Part shown: positions 12,184 through 27,100 of the stretch, in pieces | Position numbering within the stretch: the first letter of the stretch is position 1 | How the letters are laid out: each line of letters opens with the position of its first letter | Origin: Rotaria socialis | Lineage: Eukaryota | Assembly: GCA_905331295.1 (NCBI GenBank) | Contig: CAJNYD010000075.1 | Coordinates: 49,361 to 87,784 of the forward strand | Reading direction: 5' to 3' | Length of the DNA stretch: 38,424 nt | Notes under the pieces: model-generated | The model's input: only the letters and a program-made list of their open reading frames with translations | Told to the model about the DNA's origin: nothing | The model's database searches: none | Position numbers and translations under genes: made by a program

Positions 12184-15100
12184 ATGAATTTGGTTATGAA
12201 TAAGCGAGCATCGAAACGGCCTACATCTACGGTAGGTTCAGTGGTGCCATCACGCAAGGAACTAACTATTCAATCGTCGGGAAAAACTCAGTATATTGCG
12301 TCTTTGCCTCAACAACGTATCTGGCTACATGAACGACTCCATTTTAGCAATTCTGAATTGTCTGTCTATAATATAGTGTTGCCCATAATCGTGAAGCGCG
12401 GCTCATTAGCAATAGAATATATTCGTTCACGTTTACTTCGAATAATAGAGGAAAATACAGTACTTCGCACTGCTGTTCGTTTTAACTTGGAACGAAATCA
12501 AATCGAACAATACATAGAGCCCCTTTCTGACAATCTCTATTCATTTGAAAATTCACGTGGTATTGCCACATCGGAGCAAATCGATCACATTCTTACGAGA
12601 GAATCTGTTGGAAAATATTTTGATCTTGAAAAGGGAAGAGTCTTAAGATGTCATATAATACAACGAAGTGAAGACAAACAAGATCAATTCTTACACAAAG
12701 GAGATCTTGTTGCAATTACGTTTCATCATATTGCATTTGACAACAGTTCACTAAAACCATTTATCAAAGCATTTGAAAGAGTATGCAAAACTGATTATCA
12801 TCAACAATCAGTGTCGCCAATGCCTCAATATATTGATTTCACATTGTATGAACAGGCAATGTTAAACGATCCAAGTGCTGATTCAAAAATGAACAAAGCA
12901 CGTCGGTTTTGGTTGGAAACCATGCGGGGTTACGATTGGAATAAAAGACGCAGCTTGATGCCTGAAGAAGATAAAGTTGATCGCATCCAATCTGGTAAAG
13001 GTTATGCAACTGCATTTGACTTCGACCAAAATATTGTCGATGCGATGATGCTATACGCATCGTCCAACAACGTCACTATGTTTTCATTGACATTAGCCTG
13101 TTATTATGTATTTCTATTCAAATTGACTAACAGTGAAGAAGATTTGTGCGTAGCGAGCGTAACAGCTAATCGACCTCTACAGGAAATGGCAGACATGATT
13201 GGTATGTTTGTTAACATTTTGCCCTATCGAATCAAAGTTGAACCGCATAAATCATTTTATGATCTCCTTGAGAAAGTACAAAAACTGAGCAGCGATGTTT
13301 TGGAGCATGGCTCTTTACCTTATCAGGAAATTATGAATTTAGACCGCAAACAAGAATATCATGCACTACCTTCAGCATTATTTCAGTATGAATCACTAGT
13401 ATCATCATTGACACAGAAAAGTAGTATAGAAGTAGCTGTCGGCAAAAATTCTAGTCTTGGTGTTTACTTTGATCGCGACCGATCGCATGGTAATGGAGTA
13501 GCAGCATTCGATTTGACTCTTACAATATCACATAACCATCATGCAAAAACTACAGAGTGTTTTATTGATTGTTCGGCCGATGTGTTTAAAAATCAAACGA
13601 ATGTTGAGATGGTGGGAAATCGTTTTCGACATATGCTTTTCGAACTCTTCTGCTCTCCGATGACTCATGAGCCAATTTATAAATTATCGATTATTATTCC
13701 AAGTGAACAAGAGGTGATGCATCAATTAAACAATACAAAGTCGCTGGTATCTTATCCATGGTCATTCGCTATACATGAAAGATTCGCTCGACAAGCTCAA
13801 TTATATCCACAAAAAATAGTTCTCGAATTGGATCAACAATCACTTACGTATAGTGAACTCCTTCATTATGTACGACGTCTCACAATTCATTTAAGTCAAA
13901 GAGTTCAAAAAGATGAAATTGTATGTCAATGCGTTGAAAGATCAATCGAAATGGTTATCGGATTATTAGCAATTTTGTCAAGCGGTGTAGCTTATTGCCC
14001 TTTAGCACCTGCAGATCCACCTACAAGGCTGGCAACTCTGGTTCGAGACACACGAGCAAAGACAATTCTTGTTCATAGTTACACTTCGGGAACGTTGGTT
14101 GTAGCTGATACATCGTGTGATCTCATTAAAACAGACTCATTTCTTATCTCCGACGAAGAGGAAAAAGATGGTGATGATGATCTCAAACCTATTCTGGTCA
14201 CACCAAACAAAACTGCTTATATTATTTTCACAAGTGGAACAACTGGTACTCCTAAAGCTGTTGTTATTTCACATTCTAGTTTGATCTATTATCTTCAATC
14301 GTCAGTTGAGATTGATGCTCTGCGTACAAGTGATAAGGGAGTACAATTATCTTCATGTACATGGGATGTTCATATTCATGAAATACTTGGCACTTTATTT
14401 GTGGGTGGATCAATTGTACTCTTACGATCTGAACAGGGCAATCGTAATATGGATTATTTGGCTCGTGTTATCGAATCTCATCAGGTTACCTTCGTTTGCA
14501 TCGTCCCAACATTGCAAATTTTACTTTTTGATATCCTCGAAGTACAGCAAGCTTTTCATAGACTCAATACTCTTCGACTAGTGTGGTCCGTAGGTAAGCA
14601 GTATTATCAATTTTCCTTGATATAGCATTCATTTTTTGTACGCGTCTCGCTAGGTGAACCAATACCATCATATTTGGTCGCTCGAATTTTACCTTTATTA
14701 CCAGCGAGCTGTAAATATGTCAATTTTGGTGGTGCTACAGAAGGAACTGTAGTGCAAACTTTTCACACAGTTACAGAAAATGATGCTCATTCATTATCAG
14801 GTAGTGTTCCACTCGGCAGGCCAATGCCGTACTTTAAGTTGCACATTCTTGACAAATTTCATCAATCTGTACCTGTGGGATATACAGGCGAGCTTTATAC
14901 TAGTGGAGCAATTATGAGTGGTTATCTAAATCGACCCGATCTCAATGCCAAGGTATTGATTCAACTAACAGATGAATCTGGCAAAAGTTATAAAACAGGA
15001 GATTTAGCTCGATTCTTACCATTGAGCGGTGAAGTTCAATTGTTGGGTCGCGAAGATTCTCAAACAAAATTTAATGGACAACGAGTAGAATTAGGAGAAA

Positions 15101-18100
15101 TCGAAGCAGTCATGTACCGGTCAAGTGCTGCTATCTGCAACTGTGCTGTAATTAAGATGACTGAAAACGGGCGTGATCATCTGGTTGCCTACATACAACC
15201 AAGTACGACCGATACAGCAGTATTGTTCGATGCAAAACAAGTTCGTGCTTTCTGTGAAAAGAACTTATCACAATGGATGGTTCCATCTCATTTCATTGTT
15301 GTGCATCAATTACCAATAAATTCTAATGGAAAGTTAGATCGGGCAGCACTTCTTAAACCTGATTTGTCGCCACTACCTGAATATGTTGACAATAGTGATG
15401 AATATCGAGAAGATGAGCCACCAATGACAGTCGAACAGAACCGTGTACACAATATATGGTGTCATATATTAAAAATTGGTGATAAAAAAAAGATTCCTAT
15501 CAATAGTTCATTCTTCTCAATGGGTGGCAACTCCTTGACTATGATGCGTCTCTATTCAGAATATCAAAAGTCATTTCAGTGCAATTCACAATGTCCATCA
15601 TTCAATATTGCCTGTTTATTTCGTCAATCAACAATTGCACAACATGCTTTAATTTTGCAACAATGGTTCCATGATGCTTCTCAGAATGAAGACGTGCAAC
15701 AAAATCAGAAGCAGAACGAAGTTTGGCGAACTCTAAATATTTTGGAAGGTAACACCACTTAAAAGTTATGTTCATCTGCTAGTCATATAAAATACTCCAA
15801 TGTTCTACGTTGCTCAACTAAATATTTTCTTTCTTTATCGGTGAATGAGGCCTAATTTTTGATTTTTCTAAATATCAAATAATTCTATGGTTAGAATTTA
15901 TACATTAATCTACTACACATGATGACACTCAATAACGGAGTGTCAGAGCCCGACGTTTCGCAATCTAATTATTAGTGTTTCAAACATATTGACCAGTCAA
16001 AAAATAAATATGAATATGATGCCTTAGTCCGTATCTGAATGTGTACCTCACAATTTTCGAGACACTTATTGATCAGTTTTAACGTTTTTTACAGTGCCGT
16101 TTAGATTAAAATCGAGTTATATATACTTAACTCTAGTGAACTGCTGAAAATCAAACTAGCGATACAGCCATACTCTATAATCTTTTCTAATATCACTCGT
16201 GAAAGTTCTCTATAATACATTTCAATACGTTTTCGTAGTATATTCAGATATTTCCATCGATAGATCAAATTATATGCTCCCTGTATACGCTTATAAATGT
16301 TGATGATATTTGCCATGAATGAAGTTGTCTTTTTGTAAAAAAAACAACAACACGAAGAAACTGTTTATCATGGAGCATAATAATCTAATAGTAGAAAGTA
16401 ACATTACTGCATTAGCTGAGGAAACTATTGAATTCTACTATTGCAAATGTATCAATTTTTATTTTTTAGCTGAAGCATCGCATGCTCAACAGCGTATTTT
16501 TCTGGATCAGTTAGTACGATTTTCAGATGATACAGCTTTATACAACGTTCCATTGATTTACCGTGTTCAATCTGATAATAATATTGGCGGAATTTCTTTC
16601 GATCGTTTACGTCGAGCCATAAACTCTGTGATTGTTAAACATGTCATACTTCGAACATCTTTACACTTAGACAATATTACTGGTCTTTTAACTCAACGTA
16701 TTGAAAAATTTGACGATCTCAAAGAACAATACAAGTTTTGTGTTAGTCGTTTCGAAAACGGCGAACAAATGACTGCTATTTTGAACCATGAAATAAAAAG
16801 TCCAGAATTGTTTGATCTTTCACGTGGAATTGTTTTGCGTTGCCACGTTGTCATCGCTGCTTGTAACAAAAGCTTTATCAATGAGACGGAACGAAATACT
16901 CTACAACTAGGTGATATTCTTGTTTTCAATCTTCACCATATTGCTTTTGATGGTGCATCACGACGAATATTCTTTCGTGACCTCAAATGTGCTTTTGAAA
17001 ACGATGTTCCATTGCCACTGGATGAAAATTCATTGCAATACATCGATTACTCAGTGCTCGAAGGAAAATTGGACATGATACCATCGCGTGACTTCTGGCG
17101 TTCGCAACTTGTAGGATTTGACTTCGAACGGCGTCTTTCACTACCCTTTGATCGATACCATTCGTTGACTGAGAATCGATCGGGTCTCGCACATTTAGTT
17201 GAGTTTCACTTCGATGAAGATTTGTCAAATGCTTTTCTAGAATATGCTTCTGATCATGGCGTTACACCATTTCAATTAGGTCTCGCCACATTTTATGTAT
17301 TTTTATTCAAATTAAGCAATAACGAAAGTGATCTATGTACATCTTGTATTCATGCCAATCGCTACAGGGCAGAGCTAGCAGATTTAATTGGTATGTTTGT
17401 TGCTACATTACCACATCGAATTCAGCTTGATCCCAACGTATCTTTCGATGAACTTGTCAAGAGAGTTGGAAGTCAGTTTTTTTCAATTATTGAGCATACA
17501 TATTATCCGCTGCAACGCATACTTGCTGATTCGGATCACAAGCAATCTTCTGCAGGTTTTCTCCAGATATTATTTGATTTTATAACATACTCAAATGAAG
17601 TTGATTTGGTATCGATAAGCAACACACAATTCGAGTCAGTATCATTGGAAAGAATGGAGAACGTTGTCAAATTTGATTTAAAATTGCTATTTTTCTATGA
17701 TCCAGCAGGTGGCAAAACAATATCGTGTTCTTTGATATGTTCACGAGACGTCTTTGATTTGACAACAGTAGAAAATTTAGCCACGCAATTTCACCATATT
17801 CTTTTTCAATTATTTGCCGGACGCAAAACAGCAACATCATTTAATGATCAAGTTCGCGAACCAATATCACAATTATCTCTGATTTTACCCGAAAAATCTC
17901 AAGTATTACAACGAACGACATTCCACCACCTGTCGAATATTGACAAGCAAGGTATGAATGTTATCAGAATCTTTTGTCAAATATAATTATGAGCATGTAT
18001 TGAAGACTATAGCGAAGTAATGACTCATATCACATTAGTTTTTCTTTCTGATTGAGCAGAATATTTTCAAATACTGTTCTTGATGCTTCATCACAGATCA

Positions 18101-21100
18101 TCCATTATGATTGTCGTGAACATTTTTCGACCACGAATATATATGCTTCTTGATGTTTCATATGTTTAGTCTCATCATTATTTCAGTGAAGTCTTTTTAT
18201 AGTTATCGTGTGTTACATTTTTTTTAAAGACTTTCCATCACTGTTAAACGATGAATACTCAAGGAAATTGAATCAGCATTCGTCTTTTCTTCTATAGTTT
18301 CTGAATCATATGTTTTATATCTTTGATACATGTATCGATTCGCAATAGCGTTATTGTAATCCATGAAAATAACTATCGCCTTAAATTTCGTTGAGCTTTA
18401 TTTGTATCACAAGTAAAGATATATATACGTTTTCTTTAGCTCCCGCTTCATATGCACAATGCCGTATTTGGCGCAAAGAACAAATGTGTCATGCCAGTAA
18501 TCAAATACAAATGGCAGTTAACAATATGCCTTTTGTATATCGGTTGTCATCGGGTGGTATTCTACCTTTGTATTTATTTCGTCGAGCTTTACAACTCATC
18601 GTTATAAAACATGAGTCATTGCGTACAGCCTTGGTTTTCGACACCAATGAAAAGATTTTAATGCAACAAATTATCGATGTGTCTGATGATCAGGAACAAT
18701 TGTTTGCCATCACAGAAAGTATTTTTCAAACAGAAGAAGAATACAATCATATCTTGAATGACGAACGAAATAATGTAAATCATTTCGATCTTGTTCAAGG
18801 TCGTGTATTTCGTTGTCACGTTGTCTACCACAACAAAATTACTCATGATGGGCATATTACTAATCAGGACACAATTATTTTTAATTTTCATCGTGCTGTC
18901 TTTGATTTGTTTTCGATAAATTTATTTCAGCGTGAGTTCGAACAGGCTTATGTAACAGGTGAACTTATATCGAATGATTCTACAACTGTACGTTACATCG
19001 ATTGTAAGTTTAAATTTTTATTTGACGAATCTGATTCACTCTATACTTTCTTAAGATGCTGTTTCTGAACGGCAAATGTCAATGAATGCTGCTAGTCAAT
19101 TTTGGATTGATGCACTTCAAGATTGTGAAATCGATCGACAATTATCTTTACCTTTTGATCACCGTCGAATTTCTACTGATAAGCGAACTAAACAAATCGC
19201 TTCTGCTTCATTTGAATTTGGTGATCATCTTTCTCATGACTTTTTAGCTTATGCTAGAGAAAAAGAAATCACTCCAAAACATCTAGGCCTTGCTTTAAAT
19301 TTTCTCTTCTTGTTCGGCTTGACAAATGGTGAACGAGACTTATGCATTGGAATGGAAACTGATGTTCGTTATAAATCGGAACTTAAATCTATCATTGGTA
19401 CGTTTGTTAACAGAATTCCATTACGATGTCGATTCGATCCTAATTGGTCATTCGTTCAACTCGTTGAATATGTTCATGAAATAGCGACAGTTAGCGCTGA
19501 ATACTCTTACTATCCGCTTGAACGCATCCTTGCTCAATACTCTCAAGGATTACAAGCAGCATTTCTCGACATCTCTTTTGAATTTGACTCGCTCATGTCT
19601 GAAAGTGAAAGCAATCAAATAGTAGTTGACGACCTACGCATTACTATGTTACCGTATGATGCAGCTACCAATACAGGTAAATTGCCGAATGACATTGACT
19701 TTACTTTGAAAATACAACATGACAGGATCACTAATAAATTATCATGTTCGACTGATGGATCACTTGATTTATTCGATACAGTGACTATTACAAAAATTTC
19801 TCAGCGATTTCATTTATTGATACAACAATTGTTTCAGTCTCAAATCAATTATTCTAACAAACCACTTTACGAATTATCGTTAATACTTCCAGACGAGCAT
19901 TTATTAATTAAATCGTTGAGTAACAATCAAATTTGCTCTTCTCCTGATTGGTGTGTCCACCATCAGATTAGTCATTGTGCAAGCAATCATCCACAAAAAG
20001 TAGCTGTTGAATTAGATGAACAGTCTTTGACATACAGTGAACTACTTTATTATTCTCAATGGCTTGCTCTCAAATTGTTGACAGAGTTTCATGTAAAACC
20101 TGGTGATGTCATTTGTCAATGTGTTGAACGTAGTTTGTCTATGGTAATTATATTGAGACGATACTTATTCCAATTATATGATGGATAATTTTTATCTTTA
20201 GGTCATTGGTATTTTGTCTATTGTAACGACAGGTGGTGCCTATTGTCCATTGTCGTCGTTAGATCCCACACAACGTCGACAAACACTTGTCAATCAAACA
20301 CATAGCCATTTAGTTCTTGTTCATTCTAATACGCATGCTAACGTTGGAGTCAACGTAGCCACATTAGATATTGATGCAGCTATAAACTCCGATGAAGTGT
20401 TTGCTGGTATAAAATTGAATTCACTTTTAAATGTATCTGTAACACCAGAAAATATTGCATTCGTAATTTTTACGAGTGGCTCAACTGGAGTTCCAAAAGC
20501 GGTTCGTTCATTTACTTATTTTACTAAGTGTGAATTGGAAGAACTTTTCTTATTAGGCTCAGTTGCGTCATCGAAACTTTACTGAATTTATCTGCTCATT
20601 TGTTCATGCTGGCATAATCTCGAAACTCGACACAATTATACAAATGGCTCGTTGTACTTTTGATAATCACCTTTTGAGTCTTGTTGGAACATTAGTTGCA
20701 GGAGGTACTCTAGTGATGCTTCGACCTGAAGGCAACATGGATTTTGAATATCTTGCTGGAGTACTTGATAAAAAACAAGTCACGGTTATGCATAGTGTTC
20801 CATCTTTACTTCGTGGAATATTTACTTTTCTCAAAGAAAATAATCTTAAATCATCAGCGAAATGGCTACGATGCCTATGTAGTGGTGGTCAGTAAATTGT
20901 TTTAAGACTCCTTGACACATATATGAACTTATATTTTTATTGATTTCTTGTAGGAGAAACTCTTAGCTTCAAGACAGCTAGTCTCATGAAAAGCCAGGTT
21001 AAAGAAACATGTTGGGTTCGAAATCAATACGGTCCAGCGGAATTAACCATAAATTGTGCGTCGAATTTGATTCGCTTGAGTGAAGATCAATCGAACATTC

Positions 21101-24100
21101 CAATCGGTCGGCTCCTTCCCAATTTTTACTGCCTCATTTTGGATGAATACTTGCAGCCTATTTGCATAGGACATGAAGGTGAACTACTCGTCGGAGGAGT
21201 TGGTGTTTTTGCTGGGTACTTCGGTCGTGAGGACTTAACATCGAGAGCATTGATCAACATAGATGGTAAAATGGTTTATAGAACAGGTGATCTTGCTCGA
21301 ATAGACAGACATGGATTGATTCACTACATAAGTCGAAAAGATCATCAAGTAAAGTTGCATGGGCAGCGCATTGAATTAGGCGAAATTGAAAGGTGTTTGC
21401 TAGGAACTGCGATTGCTGCATGTGTTGTTACCAAATGGGGAGATGATCACTTGATCGCTTATGTTCAAAGTTCTAAAGTGAGCGCAAAGCAGTTACGTGA
21501 ACATTGTCAATCTCATCTGCCACCATTCATGGTTCCATCATTGTTCATCGTACTCGAAAAGTTTCCATTGAATGTTAATGGTAAAGTAGATCGGAAGTGT
21601 CTGCCTCCACCTGATTTCACACTGCTATTATCATCGGCATCAATAACAAGTGAACAAGATCACAATAATCCGAGCAATGAATATGAATTAAGTATACACT
21701 CACTTTGGTGCGAACTGTTACATCGCCCTTCCATTTCCAAAGTCGAAAGTATCTTCAGTATTGGTGGACATTCTCTTCTTCTAATACAACTTTATCAACG
21801 TTACAAGACAATATTCGGTTTTAATACTCATATTCTTAATATAGCTAAATTCTTCCAATATCCTACGATTGTTGAGCATGCTCGTTTGATCAGTAAATCA
21901 ATCGACAAGGATAATGATAGCGAAATGTCTTGGCATTCATTACATCTAGTCGAAGGTATGTTCAATCATAAAATGAAAAGGAAACATTATGCTTAGATAT
22001 TTGTTTTCTTTTCATAGCTCCCTTATCGTTTGCTCAAGAACGCATCATGTTCGACGAACATCTTCGTTTCTCTACGAAGCGCAATACAATGTATACAATA
22101 TTAATGGCATATCGTATTCAAAATGTTGGTAGCACTATTTCAATGGCACGATTTCATCGAGCACTTAAAGCAATGCTGATCAAACATAAAGTTTTACGTA
22201 CAGTAATATCGTCGGATATGACTGGAACTTTCAAACAATCTGTAATTGATATGACTGACTACCACGATGATCACCGTATTTATGGAGTTACTACACTGAA
22301 TATGAGCGATGATGAGAACATCAAAAGTCTTTATGATAGAATTGATCATTCAGAAATGTTTGATTTGGCAAAAGGTCGTGTTTTACACTGTTATATTCTC
22401 CGGAATCATCGTAATTTGTCACTTAATACAGATCTGTTGACTGATGGTGATGCTTTTATACTTGCTGTTCATCATTCCATATTTGATGGTTTCTCAACGC
22501 CAAATTTTCTTATTGACTTGTGTCTTGCCTATGAAACTGATGCACCCTCACCTATTGACAACGATACATTACAATATATTGACTATTCTGTTCATGAACG
22601 ACTTATCAGCATGGAAAAATTGCGCGACTTTTGGCATTTACAACTGAATGGATACGATTTGGCACGACCTTTACCATTACCATTTGATCGCCATCGGGCA
22701 GCAGGTGATGAACGATCGGGCTTGTCTTGTATTGCTGAGTTTTCATTTGGTGAAGATTTATCGCGAGCTTTTCTTGATTATGCTTCTTCACGCCACGTGA
22801 CATCGTTTCAGTTAGGCCTTGCCAGTTTTTATGCTTTTCTGTTCAAATTGTGTAACAATGAAAGCGATTTGTGCGTTGCCGGCATAAGCGCAAACCGATA
22901 TCGACTGGAATTAAGAGATCTTATCGGTATGTTCGTCACTACTCTACCTTATCGCATTCAAATCAATTCAAACGGTTCTTTTGATAAACTTGTCGAACAA
23001 GTTTCCAATTGTTGCCTATCGGTTCTTGAACATTCTCAATATCCTCTACAACATATAATTGTTGATTCGCATAATCAAAAATCAAGTGCTGCATTCCTTG
23101 AGACTGTATTCGACTACATCACAATAGCTCCGAAGATTAATCAACTGTCTCTCGGTAAGACACAAATTCAACGAATGGTAGCTCTACAAGCAGATACTGT
23201 TGCTAAATTCGATTTTTTGTGTACATTCGTTGAGAACCCTTCTGCAACAGATAATATTATGTCCTGTTCGTTCGTATGCTCACAAGATTTATTTGATCAG
23301 ACCAAAGTAGAAACAATAGCTAGGCGCTTTCAACAACTTCTTACGCAGATATTTTCCTCCAAATCAATGTTTGACCGAACTGTGGAACCAATCTATAATC
23401 TATCTGTTATACTACCTGAAGAATTGGAAGAAATGCAACGCATGGTTTTTCATCGTGTTTTGAATGTTACCCATGAAGGTATGTCTTCAATCTACTGATT
23501 ATATACTTTTAGGTATTGCTAATTGCAAGATATTCAGCATGATAAGAGTTTTCTTGAAAAAACTTTTCTTTGAATAATCTGACATTCGACTGATTTGATC
23601 CAAATTTGCGAGCAGACAGAGATCTAAGAATTAATCGGATCAATAAAATCAAATATTCTAACTTAAAACATAAAACAGTTTCAAATTTTGAATTGTTCAT
23701 CGGAAAATCACGCTGTTTTAAATGAGTTAATACGGATCTTTCAAAAGTTATTTAAAGCTCTGAATATTTGGTATCATTAAAACTAAATTCTCTCATAAGT
23801 TATTATCATAATAGTTTCAGTATTTTACTTGTAAGAATTCATTGGAGCTATTTAATTTGTATTGCACTGCCAGTAGGTTTTTATTTGAATATTTATCTAT
23901 TAAATTTTTAATCATGATCTACTGCCTCTAAAATGTTTGATGCACTATATTATATCATAAAATCTTCTGTTCAGCACCTGCCTCCTATGCTCAAGCTCGT
24001 ATTTGGCTCGATGAACGAATTCGTTTCGATTCTGAGAAGTCAAAAGTAGCTATATACAATCTGCCTTTTCTCCATCGAGTTGCATCAGGAGATACTCTGT

Positions 24101-27100
24101 CGATTACAAAGCTTCGTAAAGCTCTACAACTTGTAGTAATGAAACATGTCATACTTCGTACATCACTCTATTTTGATACTGATAAAAATATATTGATGCA
24201 ACGCATTATGGATCCGAATGACAGCGAAGAATTTTTCTCATTCATCGAAAGTACCTTCGAAACCGATGAAGATCTCAACACAATTATGCACAATGAACGT
24301 GGCAATCCACATAATTTTAATCTATCAAACGGGCTCGTCTGTCGATGTCATGTTGTCTATCACAAATCAATTTCTAAAAAAAGGATTTTATGTGCAAAAG
24401 ATGCACTTATTTTCAACTTTCATCATGCTTCATTTGACTTTCCATCAATGGCCGTTTTCCGACGTGACCTAGACCAAGCGTACACCACAGGTCATTTGAC
24501 AAGTGACGATGACACAAATTTACGTTATCTTGATTGTATGTTAACTGCCTTTTTTTAGAATATTACACTAACATTCTTTTAAATGTTATTTTTTTTAAAG
24601 ATGCAATTACTGAGCAGCAAATGTCTATGGTAGCTGCTAGTGCTTTTTGGCGTGATGTACTTCATGACTGTGAACTCGATCGACCTTTGCCTTTACCGTT
24701 TGATCGACTTCGTGTTTCAGATGAATCTCGTACAGGCCGTGGAGCATCGGTCACTTTTCAGTTTGGTCAAAATCTTTCACAAGCATTCATTACCTATGCT
24801 TCAACACATGATTTAAAACTTGAGCATTTAGCACTTGCAGTGTATTACATCTTTCTATTCAAGTTAACAAATGGTGAAACAGACATATGTTTAGTCATGA
24901 ACACTCATGGTCGCTACAAACCTGAGTTAATGGCAGTTATTGGAATGTTTGTTAATGCAATTCCAATGAGATGTAGATTTGATCCGAATTATTCTTTTTC
25001 TCAATTTGTACAACACGTGCAAACAGTGATGATGAACAACTTAGAACATTCTTATTTTCCTCTTCAACATATTCTTGCTCAACATCCACTTGTCTCTCGT
25101 CCAGCATTTCTAGACACATTTTTTGGATTCGTCTCTTTTCCAGACGTAAATAGTCGCAGCACAGTGTCAATTGGAGGTGTTAAAATTGTAACCATGCCTT
25201 ATTCAATCAGAGTCAGCACACATGAGATTGCAAGCAAATATGACTTTTCGTTAAATATACATCATGATTCCGCGACTAATGATCTGTCATACGCAATCGA
25301 AGCATCCCTTGACTTATTCACCGCATCGACAGTAAATACTATCGGAAAACGATTTCATGCAATGCTTGAACAACTTTTTGAATCGAACATGACTCATCGA
25401 GTACCACAATCGATCTACGGATTGTCGATAATCTTACCTGATGACACAACACTTATTGAATCTATCAAAAACACACAATTAGTATTTCCTCCTCCTCAAT
25501 GTATGCATCACAATTTTATGCATCGAGTCATTGAAGACCCACAGAAGTTGGCAGTTGAACTTGATGGACAGTCTCTCACCTATAGTGAACTATTATTCTA
25601 TACACAGCGATTAGCTCTTCATCTGTTGACTAGAAGCAATTTCAGATCTGGTGACATCGTTTGTCAATGTATGGAGCGTAGTATTTCAATGGTGAGTTAT
25701 CTTGAAACGAAGCATTCGTTTTTATTTAGTTTTGTATGCTAGGTTATGGGTATCTTATCCATTTTAATGGCCGGTGGTTTATATTGTCCACTATCTCCTC
25801 GAGATTCTGGTCAACATCTTGAATCCCTTATTTCACAAACTCACAGTAGTTTGATTCTAGTGGACTTGTTGACAAAAGATAAGTTTAAACATAATGATAA
25901 AGCCCTCAGCATTGATCTAGCAATCAACAACAATGAACATATCAATGAACATCATCTTGATCAACTGTCAAATGTCAAAGTAACGCCAGAAAGTGTCGCT
26001 TATGTGATCTTTACTAGTGGTTCAACAGGCACACCGAAAGCGGTCTGTTTATTTTTAAAAAATGTACCTAATGACTTTCTATTGATGGTATTTTTCTTCT
26101 AGGCTCAAGTGCGACATAAAAATTTCACCGGCTGCATTCGATCTCTCGTTCACATTGGCGTATTTGATAAGGCAGATACTATTGTTCAGATGGCTCGTTG
26201 TTCATTTGATATTCATATGCAAGACATTATGGGCACATTAGTTGTCGGTGCATCACTAGTCATGCTCCGTCCAAGAGGAAATATGGATTTCGAATATTTA
26301 GCAGCAGTCATCAAGAATAAAAAAATCACATTGATGCATGCTGTACCAAGTCTTTTGAGTAGTTTTTCAAATTTTCTAGAAGAGCGCAATTGTCGTTCCG
26401 TTATGGACACTGTGCACACATTGTGTAGTAGTGGTCAGTTAACTCACGTCATTAAATTTTAGTGATAGAAATATTCTATTGTATATTTTTAGGAGAAGCT
26501 TTGACTGTTCGAGTAGCTCGCATGCTAAATTCTACTATGCCATCGACATGCAAAATTTGGGATTTGTATGGTCCAGCCGAGTGCACACTGATATCAACAT
26601 ATCATTGTGTCGATACAACATTAGACATTGTAAATATTCCTATCGGTCGACCACTTCCAAACTATCAATGTCTGATTATCGATGATTTCTCACAATTAGT
26701 TTATGCTGGTCAAAATGGTGAATTACTTGTTGGTGGTGTTGGTGTCTTCGATAGTTATTTGAATCGTGATGATTTAACGGCAAAAGCATTAGTGATAATT
26801 GACGAAAACATATTTTATCGAACAGGAGATCTTGTTCGAATAAATAGTCATGGCCTGATAGATTATCTTGGTCGAAAAGATCATCAAGTAAAAGTTCGTG
26901 GGCAACGTATTGAGTTAAGCGAAATTGAGCACTGTTTGCTTGATACTTCCATATCTGCATGTGTCGTCATAAAATGGTCCGATGAGCATTTAATTGCTTA
27001 TGTTCAAGGCTACAATATCGATCAGGAAAAATTACGTGAGCATTGCCGCTCTCATCTTGCTTCATTCATGGTACCATCAATGTTCATTGCACTAGAACAA

